The notes: generated by a model from the sequence alone, not told the origin. Positions 23,227 through 36,880 are shown, counted from the stretch's first letter. The stretch is DNA of 64,000 nt from Tubiluchus corallicola (GCA_030141605.1 JAQGDQ010000057.1:124001-188000); one strand, 5' to 3'. Made by a program: numbers and translations.

Positions 23227-24939
23227 TTACTGATTGTGTTATCTCGGCTTTTTTGCTCTTGTTTGCTTTTTCCTGAAGACAGTTCACAATGCCTGTCCTT
23301 TTATTTCTTTATCGTGGAACCTTTTAAATGATTATTCCAGCTCTTGTCGGCAAGAATTACTTTCGTCTTGCAAAAAAATGCGTAAAGAAAAAAGGAAAAG
23401 AAAACGTTTTGGAGAAAAGACGAGCAAAAACAAGAATTATCAGGAAGAAGAAGAAAGCAAGAAAAAGAGAAAGAGGAACAAGAAAAGCAAATCTAATTAA
23501 TGGAAAGAAGAAATGATACAGGATTTGCTTGGCGAGAAAAGAAAGGAAAAGAAAATATAGAAAGACCGGCGAGTGAGCCATTTTGATTTATCATGCAAAA
23601 TCCCATGATCTCATCACACGTTTCGCGATGCTGATGAAGACATAATTAAGAGACATGTGGTCGCGTTATACCTCTCCAGGTACTAGTCGATGACGGTGTC
23701 TGTTCAATTATTCATACCTGGCATCGAATAGAGCTTTACGTGATCATAGGTGTATTACTATTTGCTTTTACATGAGTATCCCCAGTGTATTGACGCGTTG
23801 CGTGTACTTGAACTCTAAAGGTGCGCCTAAATGGTTGTAGAAGAAACAAATGAGATGTTTGGAGGCTAATTAAGAAGCGTTTGCATTCACACTACTGAAT
23901 AATTAGTTTTTACTTGCAGCTTAATCTGGTTTATGAACGCTGGCTAATTGTCGAAAACAGTTTCCCCCAAAAATTTAATTCAAAAAGAAAGATACCACTG
24001 AAAAGAAACAACCGAAGATTTTGGTGGTTACAAAATTATATTTGCAAATTTAAAAAACAAACGGTTAGTTTTTGTTTAAAGCAGTGTGTTTCATTTTCTG
24101 TAGCACACTGTTCCTGTACATCTCTTTGGTAGATTTTGAACCAGAATTTTCGTCAGAAAATTTTTCAAACACTGACTCATATTTTCATATAACCCGATTC
24201 ATTAGTTATCTCGTTGCAAATAGTGCAAATAGTGTCCACCAGCCTTTTTACCTTCCTTTTCCCGTTTTACCCGTTGAAGGCCTTGATTCTTCGTACATAT
24301 CAGTATACAATGACGTAATCTTAGGAAGCCAAGTAAAGCAAAGGTAAAAACTCTCTCCTGAGGGAAGAGAGCTCCATGTTGGTGAGGATGAATCATATAT
24401 TTTAACGCTAGTAGTTCGTTTCAATAAATTAAAGTGTTGTGATAAGCGATTACACATAAATTATGTTATTACTTATACGAAGGCTAATGTTAAAAATTAA
24501 AGAATTACTTTCAGACTGGCGTCCTAAGCAACTGCCTAATTTGCCTAGTGATAGAACCAGCCTTGTCATATAAATATGGAGGATGATAATTTCGCATTAA
24601 TATGTCTTTGAAAAGTGAATCTACGTGCGAGAATACTATACCTTCCAATTAAAGAAATATCACCCACATTGTTATGTCCAATCAGCCCTCCAAGGAGAGA
24701 CGTGCGAATATTTTTTGCTTAATAATCTGGTCATCTCTTCACTTGAACGAAACTAATAAAGGCTAAGAAGGCTATTTTTACCTAATTTGATTCTCAGGTG
24801 TGCGGAATTTTCAGCTCGAGACTTCGACTTTGATCAGTTGGATTTAGAAAAAAGCTTAATAATGTCAGGCAGTGATGCAGCTGCAGTTTGTTAACATTGA
24901 GGAATTGTGCAAAACATAAGGAAGCGATCACAATCATTC

Positions 24940-25370
24940 TATTACAAATTATCAACAATAAAGCTGAAACAACTTTAAAGGGAAAGAAAAGAGAATCCCA
25001 AGGAACTTTCAATACAGTTTATATTATTCAGCATTGCACTTACGTTATAGAATTGGGAGAAAATCTTAACAATTTAAGATGTTTGCGCCACCTGGTATAA
25101 TGGCACTGCATCGCCATCCCGATGTGCCCCACTAATTCATAAAAGAACAATGTTGATTTTATTGACAGTATAAAGTTATTAATGCGCTACGAAAGTTCTG
25201 ATTAATTTATCAACCTGAAACTCGTAACAGTTAGCGCGGAAGTTTTGTGTAGCGTTACTGCTAACGTAGTCCCCTGTAATAAGACAGCATGTAAGTGATA
25301 TAACACTTTAGGACGAATTTTGATAGTTATTTATTAATATTATTTATGAAGAGTGGTTTCTTGTATCTTA
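24940..25370 (-). mobile_element. Old dispersed repeat family 'A', copy 2 (inverted)
   Basis: Reverse complement of 29625-30430, e.g. GCGCCACCTGGT..CATCGCCATCCC versus GGGATGGCGATG..ACCAGATGGCGC, and AATAAGACAGC versus GCTGTCTTATT. Confidence 0.75.
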
Positions 25371-25494
25371 AATATCTGTACACAGAAAACATCTGTTGTT
25401 TGCGGCGTGCCTTTACTAGGCGCCAAGGGCACTCGACTAGACGAACTTGGTAGCCCAGTCTTGGTCACTGAGAAAGTATAGAACCATACCACCC

Positions 25495-25665
25495 TAAACA
25501 CCAAACCAAACCAAATCAAACCAAACCTAACCTAGCTTAACCTAACTTAACTTAACCTAATTTCTAACGTCTCATCATCTCACCTATTGTAACTTAACTT
25601 AACCTAACCTAACTTAACCTAACCTAACCTAACCTAGTCTAGTCTAGTCTATCCAAACCAAACCG
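25495..25665. repeat. Pentanucleotide tract (AAACC/AACCT/AACTT/AGTCT)n
   Basis: Directly visible; AACCT is the reverse complement of a TTAGG rotation. Confidence 0.85.
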
Positions 25666-27519
25666 AATCTCTTGTTAACCTAAATGAGACGTTTTTATGA
25701 GTCTAACCGAGGAAAGCTGACAAAATTAGTTAGATTATGAATTAACGTGTTGTAAACAGACAGCCAAACAAACAACACCTCTATCAAGTACCAAATTCAC
25801 CAGTCTTTGACATTACTTTGGAACTCGCCTGCGTCCAGAGAATAACCTGGAGGCACGCAGTCGCAACTTATCAGTATGACAGCATATTAAAATGTAAATA
25901 AAAATCTTAAAATTAAGACTAAAATAAACATTATTCACGTAGAAATCAATTATTGATATTAAACTTTGCGATAAATAAATGTTGGATCAAAACTTTACTA
26001 AAGTTGTATTTGAAAGCTTTATTTAACTTCTTATGACTAGTTATATTTTTTGGGATAGAATTTCGCTTTGGGATAAAATTATGTTTTATGTATCACGATT
26101 ATTTGTTTGATTATTTAGGTTAGTGTGTATCTGCAGGAAAAGAACGTGTCTTCAGATTGGAGCAACGAAACAGTAATTTCGCTAAAAACATTAGAAACTG
26201 CGAAGCATTACTTTTTTCACAGAAAATTAAGTTTCATTTCCACAAAGTTAAGTTTTTCCTTCTCCATTTCCTGATAACGTCTCCAATTTTCACAGCACCA
26301 TATCATTCTGCCATCAGTCTTAACAACCTTCTCTGTCTACCAACATTAAGTAAAACTATGTTTGCCCATACACGCCTACACTGGCTGTATTTTGAAAAGG
26401 CTATTCATGCCTCTAAGTGCGAAAGTCAATAGTTGACGGCGTGTACCATTAAGTTTAAGCTTAATACCTTCAGGTCGAGCGGATTACTGTTTTTAAAATT
26501 TACACACAAGAAATCGTCAATAAATGACTAGTTTGTAAGTTAGCAAAAGCTCAAATTTGTTACTGTGTTTTTATTTACACTCGCTCTTTTTGATTTGCGT
26601 TTTTGCCGCTTAATCATACAATCGGTTACCAATTGCCGACTGAATTTAAAAGAGTTGACACCATCGATTATAAGACTGCTTTTCGTTTGAAAGGCACATC
26701 AAAGCTTTGACTATCTTTGCAGGTACAGTAGACTAGATTTAATATTCTGACTTCATAAAAGTGCATTATAAAGTTTTTCAGGCCCGCGTCACACAATGCT
26801 GGAAATAATCTGCAAGGCGTAAGCCGCGAGGAAAAAAGGCACCTTATAAAAATGAACATATGCTATCTAATGGTCCCTGTCACACAGATAATCCATTTGC
26901 CGTCTTCCGCCAACCGGTGTTTGCGTACCGTAGCCATGATCCGCGGTAGGCTCCTTACAAGCCGTTTTGAGCAGTTTTTATGGCACCTTATTGCGAAATG
27001 AATTTGGCCATTAATTTCATTTACCGTACGATGTTTTTGGTCATCACAAACCTGATAATTAGCATGTTTGTGGATTTTACAGTGCACAATTATGTCATAA
27101 GAATCCATAATGGAATTGTCTCATAAACATTAAAAAGCACTTTTAAGCACGACATTTCACTAGTACAGCAATTAGATACGTCCATTGTTGGTTATGACAC
27201 AATGCCTTACATTTTCACAGACTAAGGACCATACTGTGGATTATGATATACGCCTTATAGAAGATGGTAGACACCTCAGGGCTTGCGGATTATGAAAAAT
27301 CTTACACCTCCGTGTGACACGGGCCTCAGACAGTTGTTACTATATTCACTAATCTTTTCAAACTTGGAAACTGCTCAAAATACTGCTCATCCCCGTTTCT
27401 GCGTGCTTATTAAACGGTTATACGTATCATTTAATATCTTCTCGCACATGGTGGTTATTTCACAGCAGATGATGGCTGCACATAGACAATAACTTCAAAC
27501 GGCATTGATTTCAAGTAGA

Positions 27520-27758
27520 CATGGGCTTCCTTCGCGTATTAGTGGCTTCATGTGGGGAATGTTTCACATAGTGGCATCACTTATACCATGGCTTTACGTA
27601 GAAGCCATAGATGACACAATTACACCTTTACCTGGACGGTGGTTTTCACATACACATTACACAATGACTTTAGCTGGATAATGGATTTACTTAGATAGTG
27701 GTTTTCATACACACGCTGATTTCAGCTGGACAACGGCTTAACTTACATAGTGGCTTTC
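27520..27758. repeat. Highly degenerate ~17-bp minisatellite with a ~51-bp higher-order unit
   Basis: TAGTGGYTT and AGCTGGA motifs recur; 27659-27708 resembles 27709-27758. Confidence 0.55.
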
Positions 27759-28652
27759 TACTATGACCGATTCTATCGAAAGTTTTAGTAACATCAAGAA
27801 AAAAACATGACTATAATTATTGTCTAAGTATCAATATCTATCCATGTTCTATTTCAGTATATAAGTAGGTAATGTTCTTTTTATAATTGTTTGTGTATCT
27901 TATTTAATTATCTTTGTAGCGGATGGGAGTAGCTGTTAATTTTTTAATACCAATACAGAAGATGTTAATTCTGTATCATGAACCTTTTTAAAGCTACACT
28001 ATGCATTATTAGCATAAAACAAATGATTACATTTTGGAACTATCATTTTTTCTAATACTTTGCGTTTCATATAGTAGAGAGTATTAGCGACCTGCATTTG
28101 GAATCACCGTAGGCGATGAACATTATAACTGTCTCTAGTTTCCCGCTTCAATTCACCATCTCCAACTGTATCTGATTACCTAAATACCTGTGCGTGGTAG
28201 TAATTAGTATCACATTGCATCAGAAATGATCTTAATGAGCTAACGTCATCGCCATCAGGTATATTTACATTTCTCTGTCTCTGATCTCAGCTTGCTGGAT
28301 ATAACCGAAGTTACAGCGCCATATCCTACGAGAATTCTTGAAGATTCTTACTGCAAATATCATTATGTTCTACTGTAACAGTTTTCTGTTATCTCAAGGT
28401 AGACACATGCCTAAACTGTTTATTCAGTGTAATAAATGCAAACGTAACTTTCTTCAAAAATCATCGCCGTTTAAACAACAGTTACCTCGAGGAGAGATGT
28501 TCCATTAAAATTGACGAGAGAAAGTCAAATTTGCACGAGGAAAAGAGCTGTCAATGATATAACACTCCGAGAAGAATAGTTGTAAAACAAAATGACAAAA
28601 GACCTGAGCTGTATTAGGATTCGTAGAGTCGATCATTTTTGCAGTTTCCTAA

Positions 28653-29183
28653 AGGAAAACCGGATGATGGTTTAGACTCAATCTCATTTTAATTTACTGT
28701 CCAAAATATACATTTTCTTGTCTATAAAAATTAGCAATTGTTTGTTATATTTGAATAATTAGCTTAGAAAGTTAATTAACTGAACACAGCTATTGTTTAC
28801 GTCAGAAACCACAGTTTGTGCGATGGTACGTATTTTCTCTGCGCGGCAAGCACGTTTGCGTAAGTGTTACTGCTTAAACGGGTGATGTCACGAAAATGGG
28901 GTCTACGTCATATGACGACAGAAACTAACCCTGCAGTTTATGATCAAGGTTATCACGGTACTATTTCTATTTGTCGGCCACGCGCATATGACAAAAAGGC
29001 ACCATTACCAATCTTAGTAGATTCACGGAGCCGCGCGTAGCTTTGAAAGTTTAACAAAATTTGAGCATTCGAGGTAATTATTATTTAATCTAAGCTTCGA
29101 TTCAAAAAAAGCTATTGTAGTTTCCAATATTTTAGAGCATTCTTTATTCTGAACTCATGTTGTCACAACCGCCCGGTTTTCCT
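28653..29183. mobile_element. Kolobok-like non-autonomous DNA transposon, 531 bp
   Basis: Perfect 11-bp TIR AGGAAAACCGG / CCGGTTTTCCT, flanked by CTAA (left) and TTAA (right). A TTAA target with RR...YY termini is the Kolobok pattern. Confidence 0.6.
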
Positions 29184-29624
29184 TTAAGAGATTTTTAGTG
29201 AATAAAAGTCAACATTCTACAGGAGGCATAATTTTACACAAGGTTTGCAAACCTGCTAAGCAATGACATATTAATGATTCCTTGGCGTTTGTAAAGGAAA
29301 AATTGCATTATTTATAATTTTTAATATTTTTACGTATTAGCCATGGCTAAATGCTACTGTGCATCAGCTTCTTTTACTGCTTAAACGTCAAAAATTACAA
29401 TTTCATACTTAGATTTTTAATAAGCAACAGCCACACGGTGTAAATGACGAATTACACGAAATTATCATCAACAGAATGCAAACTGACATCGGAAATCGAA
29501 TTAGTAGTTTTCGTCATGTTTTAGCATTTCAGAATTTTCAGCAAGTTATAGCCGCACTTAACACCCTTTGAGCCTTTGATGTGCGTGCGGCTAAAACTTA
29601 CACCCAAAACTTACACCCAAACTA

Positions 29625-30301
29625 AAATTAAAGCACAAAAAACATTCTTCGTAAATAAAAAATTCATCTTGAAATGTTGTATCACCAACACGCTGTCTTA
29701 TTGGATACAGAGTATAAGACTTAAAATATTAGGAGTAGCGCTGTATAAGATTTGTAAAATAACGGTAAATCGTTTGAAAGTAGTTTAACTAACACTGGGT
29801 AAAGTTTGAGAAAATAATCAGTGCTCTTGTAGCACACATTTCTCCAACTAAGCAAAAGTTTGGTTACCCTTTACTGTTAGTATGATTAAAAATATGTTTT
29901 TTGGTGAACAACTGGTGCACACTGGGATGGCGATGGGGTGTTGTTTTACCAGATGGCGCGAACATTTTAAAATATTAAGAATTCTCTTTTCTAATTACGT
30001 AAGTGTGTAATTAGATTACACAATTAGGTAATTGCGTAATATTACGTAATTAGAGTACATAATTACATTACAGAAATGTGTAACTTAAGTGAAATTAAAA
30101 ATTCGCTCTGTGATCAATAACTTTTCATGGGTGTTTTCCATTAGTATAACATCATATGTGTAAATACCGTGTAATAGGTGTGCAGTTATTTAGGATATGT
30201 GTAATTGTAGTATTGTATTATCTTTCTTTGTTTTGATCTTAAGTACTAATTTTTATGTATATAATTCTTTGTGTCAGTGTCTACGTAGCGCTAATATATA
30301 A

Positions 30302-30340
<39 letters not shown>

Positions 30341-30430
30341 CTAAGTAATATAACTTTGTATGGAAAGTTTTTTGGAGGCATACTTTAAAATTACCTTTCC
30401 TTCAGCATTAAGATTTTAAATGTCGAGCTA
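29625..30430 (+). mobile_element. Old dispersed repeat family 'A', copy 3, with a ~335-bp internal insertion ending in (TA)n
   Basis: Collinear with 53612-53910 except for 30007-30341 (AATTAC repeats and (TA)n at 30305-30338). Confidence 0.75.
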
Positions 30431-31614
30431 AACTATAAATTCTGATGATAATATTTTTATTGTACAATGTGGAATTGGATTTCCCAATTCTGCTATAGCT
30501 GAGTATCAAATGTTGGTGATGGTAAATTGAACTTTTGCTTTACGTGCTGCTTCACAGCTTCTATTGAAAAATGTTATTGTTTAGCTGAATGACCCGCGCT
30601 ACTAGAATCGTTAGTGTATTCAGAGCAAGTGATTGGGAAGACTCGAGTAGTCCTTCCAAAACGATATTCAGTTGTAGCGTTTAATTACCAACGGTGGCGT
30701 AGCAGTTTGGCTGGGAAAGCCATTGTTACTTAGCTCAGCTGCAATGTGCAAACATTGGTATTTCCAGGACTTCCTTTCAGTAACCGACATTCTTGTTTCC
30801 CCTTCAATTAAAGTACTTTATGCGGCTTGAAACAGTTTCCCAAAAGAGCTCTACTGGTGAGCTCACAACGACCCCACCTTACAACATTTACAGGGAAATA
30901 TGAATTAAGTATACTGAGGCTCATTTGCACAATAGGCCTGCATGTGGACATGTGGAGAGAATTTGTGGCTGCTTTTTTTGTTTGCTAACTATTTTACTTA
31001 CAAACTGCAACTATTTCTTTTAATAACAGAAGTTCTTCAACAGAACTTCTTATATGTCACTTTGACTTAGTGAACTACAGATAACATGTTACAAAATCCT
31101 GAAGTTGATTCATTTTCTCGAAAATGATTACAATCCCAATTATACACATAAAACTTCTAACACCTTCAAAATTAAGGAACTTTATGACCTTTCTTGTCTT
31201 TCATTTATTATAAAATCACCATAGCTAGCTTTTATATATAAATATAGCTTATTACTACCGGGTTTTAGTATTTTTTCTTACTCTAGTCTCTGACGTACTT
31301 ATTTAAGGGCACAAGATATGCAGCTAGCAACTACTACATGCTTCAGTACAATACCGATTATTTTCAATGTGACGCTCGGGCTTATTGCAGGCCAGGTTAT
31401 GTAACTAGTTCCTAATTGTTATAATTCCACCATTAATTATTTTCAATTTTCATTAAAAAGTTTAGTTAAACTGTTTAATGGTATAACGCTAGAAGCCAAC
31501 CTGTTCTGAAATCAGATTTCACCTGTACGTTCAATGTCACCGTTATGCATTACAATTGGAGCCACGTAAACGAAATTGTCAGAAAAGCAATCTGTCAACA
31601 AAGTTACGACATAG

Positions 31615-31780
31615 ATGATAGCTGCATGCCAGCGATGATACTTACCTGTTGGTGATCATATTTTCCTGGCGTTGATGATACATAACCTGTTAAAGATTAT
31701 ACTTACCAGTTGTCGATGACATCTGCTGCTAATGATATTTACACGTATTTACCTGATGTTGATGATACTGCCGTTGGTGC
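31615..31780. repeat. Degenerate ~20-bp minisatellite (GATGATACTTACCTGTTGGT-like)
   Basis: GATGATA-type motifs recur about every 20 bp. Confidence 0.6.
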
Positions 31781-32992
31781 TTCCATGCTGTGGTTACGAA
31801 ATTGGTGATCCTTACCTTGTGACGAGTACATGAGTGTGAATGCTACTCTATGTTGGCGTTATATAAGTGGAGGCGAGGACGTCATCAAGAGTCGTCAAAG
31901 TTTAGAGACGTCGTTCACGTAATCGGATGCATGAAGAAGTAGTGCAGTCAATCGTTCTATGATGCACCATTTCTCGATGAAGCCCCCTGGTGAGGAGTCA
32001 GAGAGATGATGTTGGATGGAAGCAGGAGAAAAGTCGCCTGGTGATACCGGGAAAGGACTGGTGAAAAACGTTACGTTGTTCTCTTTTTTATCTTGTTTGC
32101 GTGCATGTTTAATAACTTGTTGTAGGTGCTTTCCGTGGTGGTGGTACTCCTCCTGCTGCTGCTACTGAGATCTGGTAACAAAAAAATTATTGCCAATTTA
32201 ATGGAATATATATTGGGCACAGAAAACTAAACTTTCGCTATGTACAGAGCTTTCAGTTGAGTGATTGTACATTCAGATTTCCAGTTGAAATTAAAACCGT
32301 TTTGTTCAATCTGTCTTATGGCCCATTCATTTTACAATTTTGCGTGTTTATTTTTCATTCCCAAAAGCCAAAAATGGCGAAAATGATTATTGCAAAAATA
32401 ACAACAATTATTTGCAAGCATAGGAACAGTCGTTTGTAAACGCGCCGATAGATGGCTCTGTGCTGCGATGTTCTGCATGAAGCCCCGTATATGCTGCTTG
32501 CTTTAGCTGTTGAATAACTATTACTGTACTGTGTTGCAACCTGGTGGCAGTGCTGTTAAAAAAGCTTCATAGTGGTGCAACGTGCTTTTGCTTAATGGTT
32601 TCTTCTTGCTTGATTTACAATTTTGTATGTAGAGGGAGTTGTAGTGTTGCTAATGTATCTGTTTACACAAGTTTGTCAATAAAGATGCTTTCGTTTTGAT
32701 TATTTTAATTTTATTACAATGCAAAATCGAAAACGAACAAATTTTACATCTATAAAAAATCAATATGATATTTTTATGTGCCTCGCTTATAATCTAAAAG
32801 TTTTGCCCGTTGCTTCTTTTTTGCTTTGTTTGTAATCCTTCGAGTAAAACAGTTATTTGTGACTACCCAAAACACCATCTGCATCTGGTCACTTTCAAGC
32901 TATTCAGTTTGCTGCTTGCAGTAGTTAGATGCATAGTCAATTAATTTTATTACCATTTATTATTATTTATCATATACGTTTTTGTTGTTGTG

Positions 32993-33158
32993 TACTCAGA
33001 AGTCTAAAATCTGTTTACATACACCGGTTTCCAAGTAAAAAGCAGTTGTAATAATCATGTAGCTACTATTATATACTCAGAAGTCTAAAATCTGTTTACA
33101 TATACCGGTTTCCAAGTAAAAAGCAGTTGTAATAATCATGTAGCTACTATTATATACT
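32993..33158. repeat. 81-bp near-perfect tandem duplication
   Basis: TACTCAGAAGTCTAAAATCTG...GCTACTATTATA at 32993 and 33074; one mismatch seen. Confidence 0.95.
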
Positions 33159-33325
33159 TTCAATTCAATTCAATTAAAATTTTTATTCTGGTAACTAAGA
33201 CAATATAAATACAAATGCAGTACTAAAGTGAAACATAATAAGATGAAATAAAAAATACAAGATTAAATGCAAATAGAGGGTTGGTAAACTGAGAGCTAAA
33301 TAAATTTTGAAACTGATTGTGTAAT
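33159..33325 (-). mobile_element. Dispersed repeat family 'B', copy 2
   Basis: Aligns with 22033-22198. Confidence 0.7.
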
Positions 33326-33831
33326 ATTTCATTCCATTTCATAGAAAAGCAAAAGCTGACAAGTATGTGTGAGTTAACAATAGCAGTTATAATACAATTG
33401 CCAGTGTGATGTTATAACAATTCTTCCTTACTTTCTATTCATTCAGTTTATTTATGTGTTTCCGTGCTGTGTTACAGGTTCAACTCTGATTATGTTTGTT
33501 AACCAATAACAGAAAGTGTGGCAGTTATGTGTTTGACTTATTTCTATTTGTTCTCCATAATGTATGCTGTCGCGTAGAATTACTTTTAATGTTTGTAAAA
33601 CCTAAATTTTGCCTTGAAGATAAAACTTAGAACAAACAACAGACAATCAAGTAGGTACGATGGTACAATGCTGCGATTATTCTAGTATCTGCACCCCTTT
33701 CTGCTATTTCAGGAAATGCATTACTGAAACGACAAAAAGGGTGGCGCTTTTGAGGGAAGCGTTGTGGAAGCGTCCCGTCGGTGTTTTGTGGATCATTGCT
33801 TATTTGAAAATTGTATTGGCGATTGTAGACG

Positions 33832-34073
33832 TGACGTCATTAATGTGACAACATGTTGCATAACCACAACACAATAATAATTTATATGCCAGTTCACTGC
33901 AGCGATTGAATAGGGGCAACATTTTTCTTGACGAGGACTCACACTGTGTGTTTAAGTCATGTACATTAATGTGTTTGCTCATCAGTAGATGATAATTATT
34001 CAAGCAGTCGCGTTGGTTGCTGTATGCGGCCTGCGTAGTGGTTTCCCTCGCAGCCACTTCGCGCGCATGCGCA
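33832..34073 (+). promoter_or_regulatory. Candidate promoter of the NPR-like gene (CRE and NRF1 motifs)
   Basis: Perfect CRE TGACGTCA at 33832-33839; NRF1 consensus CGCGCATGCGCA at 34062-34073; CpG-rich; 450-700 bp upstream of the ATG. Confidence 0.55.
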
Positions 34074-34523
34074 ATGGACTCAACGTCGCGAACACATGCG
34101 AAGTTGAAGAAGGTATCCGATGCCACTCCGGAATATGTTGTAACACTCAGTAGGAATGTCAATACGGTTACCAAGTATTTGCCTAGCGAGTCTTGTCCAG
34201 TGGACGCTTACATTATCAGACTAATTCGTTCTCGATGTCCGACCGTGAGACGCAATAGCGATATTCAACTGAGACGCAATAACGCATTTGCTTCTTGACA
34301 TCCGATACGGCGTGTGTCAACATTGACTGACATCCTGCGACATCTTTTACTTGGTCTTCCCTAATCTCTGTTGACACGCGTCCTCAGCTTCAAGCATTGA
34401 GACTAGCAAGGCCTCATCAAGTCAAGTCTTCCTAAGCTATTTACCAGAGGATTAAGGCACTGAAAACATCATAGGATGACCCAGAGGGATTTTTCGTCAT
34501 AAGGTTTTCAGTGTGATCACACA

Positions 34524-35253
34524 ATGCTTCCGTCAACAATGTATGCAAACAGCGTTGCTCTTTTTGCTATCTTCTGCTTGCTAATAACTTGGTATTCTTC
34601 AGCGGCTGAATTAACAGATAAACCGGTGAAGTTGGCAGTGATTTTGCCCAACGAAAGTTATCATCTGTTCTCCTGGCCGCGTGTTGGTCCGGCACTCGAA
34701 CTTGCAGTCAGCTCTCTTCAACCAGGTGGTGACAGGGGACATATAATACGACGCAATTTTACATTACTCTATGGCGATTCAAAATGTTCTGGTATTTATG
34801 GTCCTGTGGCAGCTATTAACTTTTACACGGCCAAGTCTGTAGACGTGTTTGTGGGACCAGCATGCAGCTATGCCGCAGCTCCGATTGCCCGATTCTCTCC
34901 CTTCTGGGACATACCGGTCATTACTGCTGGTGCTCTAGTCAGCCATTTCCAGAAGAAAGAAAGTGAATATAAACTACTGACGAGAATGATAGGATCTTAT
35001 CAAGAAATGGGAAACTTCTTCGTAGACGTGATGAGCAAGTTCAACTGGTCGGTAACCGGTCTCCTCTTCCATGATCACATTAGTTCTGGAGAAGGTCACT
35101 CTTCTTACTATTTCATGTCAGAAGCCATATTCTTGGCCTTGAAGAACAAGTACAACAGTACCAAAAATCCCTGGTGGAAGTCATTTGACGAGAAAGTAGT
35201 AACAGATGAAAAGATTGGAGAATTGCTTCAGGAGGTCAGCCTCCATGCTAGAA
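34524..35253 (+). CDS. First coding exon of a natriuretic-peptide-receptor-like gene (probable receptor guanylyl cyclase; signal peptide plus N-terminal ANF-receptor domain)
   Basis: Signal peptide (VALFAIFCLLITWYSSA); LAVILP; DSKCS; VDVFVGPACSYAAAPIARFSPFWDIPVITAGA, matching the NPR1/2/3 motif GP.C.YAAAP.AR....W..P...AGA; LLTR. Canonical donor ..GCTAGAA|GTAAGT at 35254, phase 1 after 'HAR'. Cyclase domain is not in the window. Confidence 0.9.
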
Positions 35254-36519
35254 GTAAGTGCCATTCATTTTGACATGTTAACATTGGCAAAATCAGCTTT
35301 TGCAGTAACCTGCTGATTGGCCTGCAATTGCTATAGAATAAGAATTATTTTGAAGCTGAGATCTGTAAAATAAAGTGTTCACAGAAGATTTTCAAGTTCT
35401 CATTCTTTAAATGCTTGTAATGAAACAAGCACCTACTGGCTGCATGATATTAATCTTATTTATAGGTATATTATTATTCTTAGCTTCTGTAATCGGGTTT
35501 ATCCAATAATTATCTGTAAAGATAGAAAGAGAGATGTAGAAATAGTATAGATATAGAAGACATGCCTTACAGCCGTAGATATTATTTTGTATATTTCATT
35601 TATTCGTAATAAAATTCAAAGCAATTCAAAATTGAAATTGGCCAGCCGGTATCTAGCTATGACACAACTGTCATTGGTCAATAAGACATACATTTAGATT
35701 GTCCATATGAATTGTTAAATACTGTATCTGCAGTAGATGGGATAGCATTATCACTGTCATTGCAATGTTCCATTTACTGCAACTTCTGATGCAGCTGTCT
35801 AGTGCAGCTGTGCTCGTTGACACGGATTTTCTTGTCCACTACGCTGACAAAATGACAACATTGACAAGCTCCTAAGAGAGGCTAAAATATGTGACATTTA
35901 TTTTGTTTTCTTGCTTAACTGCTTGTTTAATTATCCTTAATTTTAGTTTAATGGTTCATTTCAGTATAGTAGTGCAGAGCCTATTTGTTACATCAATGTC
36001 TGCAATCTCGTTATTGCAATTATACTGGTTTTTACAAGTAGCGCGCTGTAAAATTTCTGCTAATTTTGCTTTTATTTTAATTAACATTGAGGATGACATT
36101 TAGTTTTAGTACTTGTAGTTAACTATTTATAGCTATAATCCTGATAAAACGAAAACAGAAATGTTTGCAGTGGCGATTATAACTATAATGGGCGATTCGT
36201 TAAGAGTCTTGTAAACTGATCCTAATGAAATATTGGAGCAGCGTTTAATTTGAAACGATATAGCTTCACTTAGACATTTCTGTAATAGAAAATTTAATAT
36301 AACTTCTGTTTCGGTGCTACCAGTGATTAATGGTTAGAGTGCGGCATGATACATTTGATATAGCGGTTTTGAATGAAAGAATGAAACACTTTCAGTGTCG
36401 TGATCTTAGAAATTCACACTCTTCCTCCATGCTTAAATTAAACTCTGAATTCACGCTCTAATTATAGTTATGTTCACCAGTTCATCAGTCTTTAATCGAG
36501 ACATTTATTAGAGTTGCAG

Positions 36520-36647
36520 TCTTCTTCTTGTTGTTCTTGTTCATGTTCTTGCTCTTCCTCCTTTTTCCTTTTCTTTTCCTTACTATGATGATGATGATGA
36601 CAACGACGATGATGGTGATTCTTCTTCTTATTATTATTATTATTATT

Positions 36648-36694
<47 letters not shown>

Positions 36695-36736
36695 AATCAT
36701 CATCATCATCATCATCATCATCATTATTATCATCAT

Positions 36737-36801
<65 letters not shown>

Positions 36802-36880
36802 TTTTTATTATCATCATTATTATTTACATTATTATCGTCACCATCCCCTCATCGTCATCATCATCATCATCATCATCACC
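36520..36880. repeat. Compound trinucleotide microsatellite (TCT, GAT, TTA, CAT, TAC)
   Basis: Directly visible. Confidence 0.96.

Noticed and set aside
23234-23581. Lys/Arg-rich ORFs resembling nuclear proteins
   Set aside because: Low-complexity A/G-rich tract open in several frames; partly overlaps the MITE flank.
24133-24342. Possible internal exon (TTTGGTAG acceptor, AAG|GTAAAA donor, open frame)
   Set aside because: No recognisable homology and its phase does not fit the 14751 donor.
25495-25665. Telomere remnant
   Set aside because: Short, degenerate, mixed pentamers in an interstitial position.
31860-32070. TATA box followed by a GC-richer patch
   Set aside because: Only very short ORFs and no LTR boundaries or other support.
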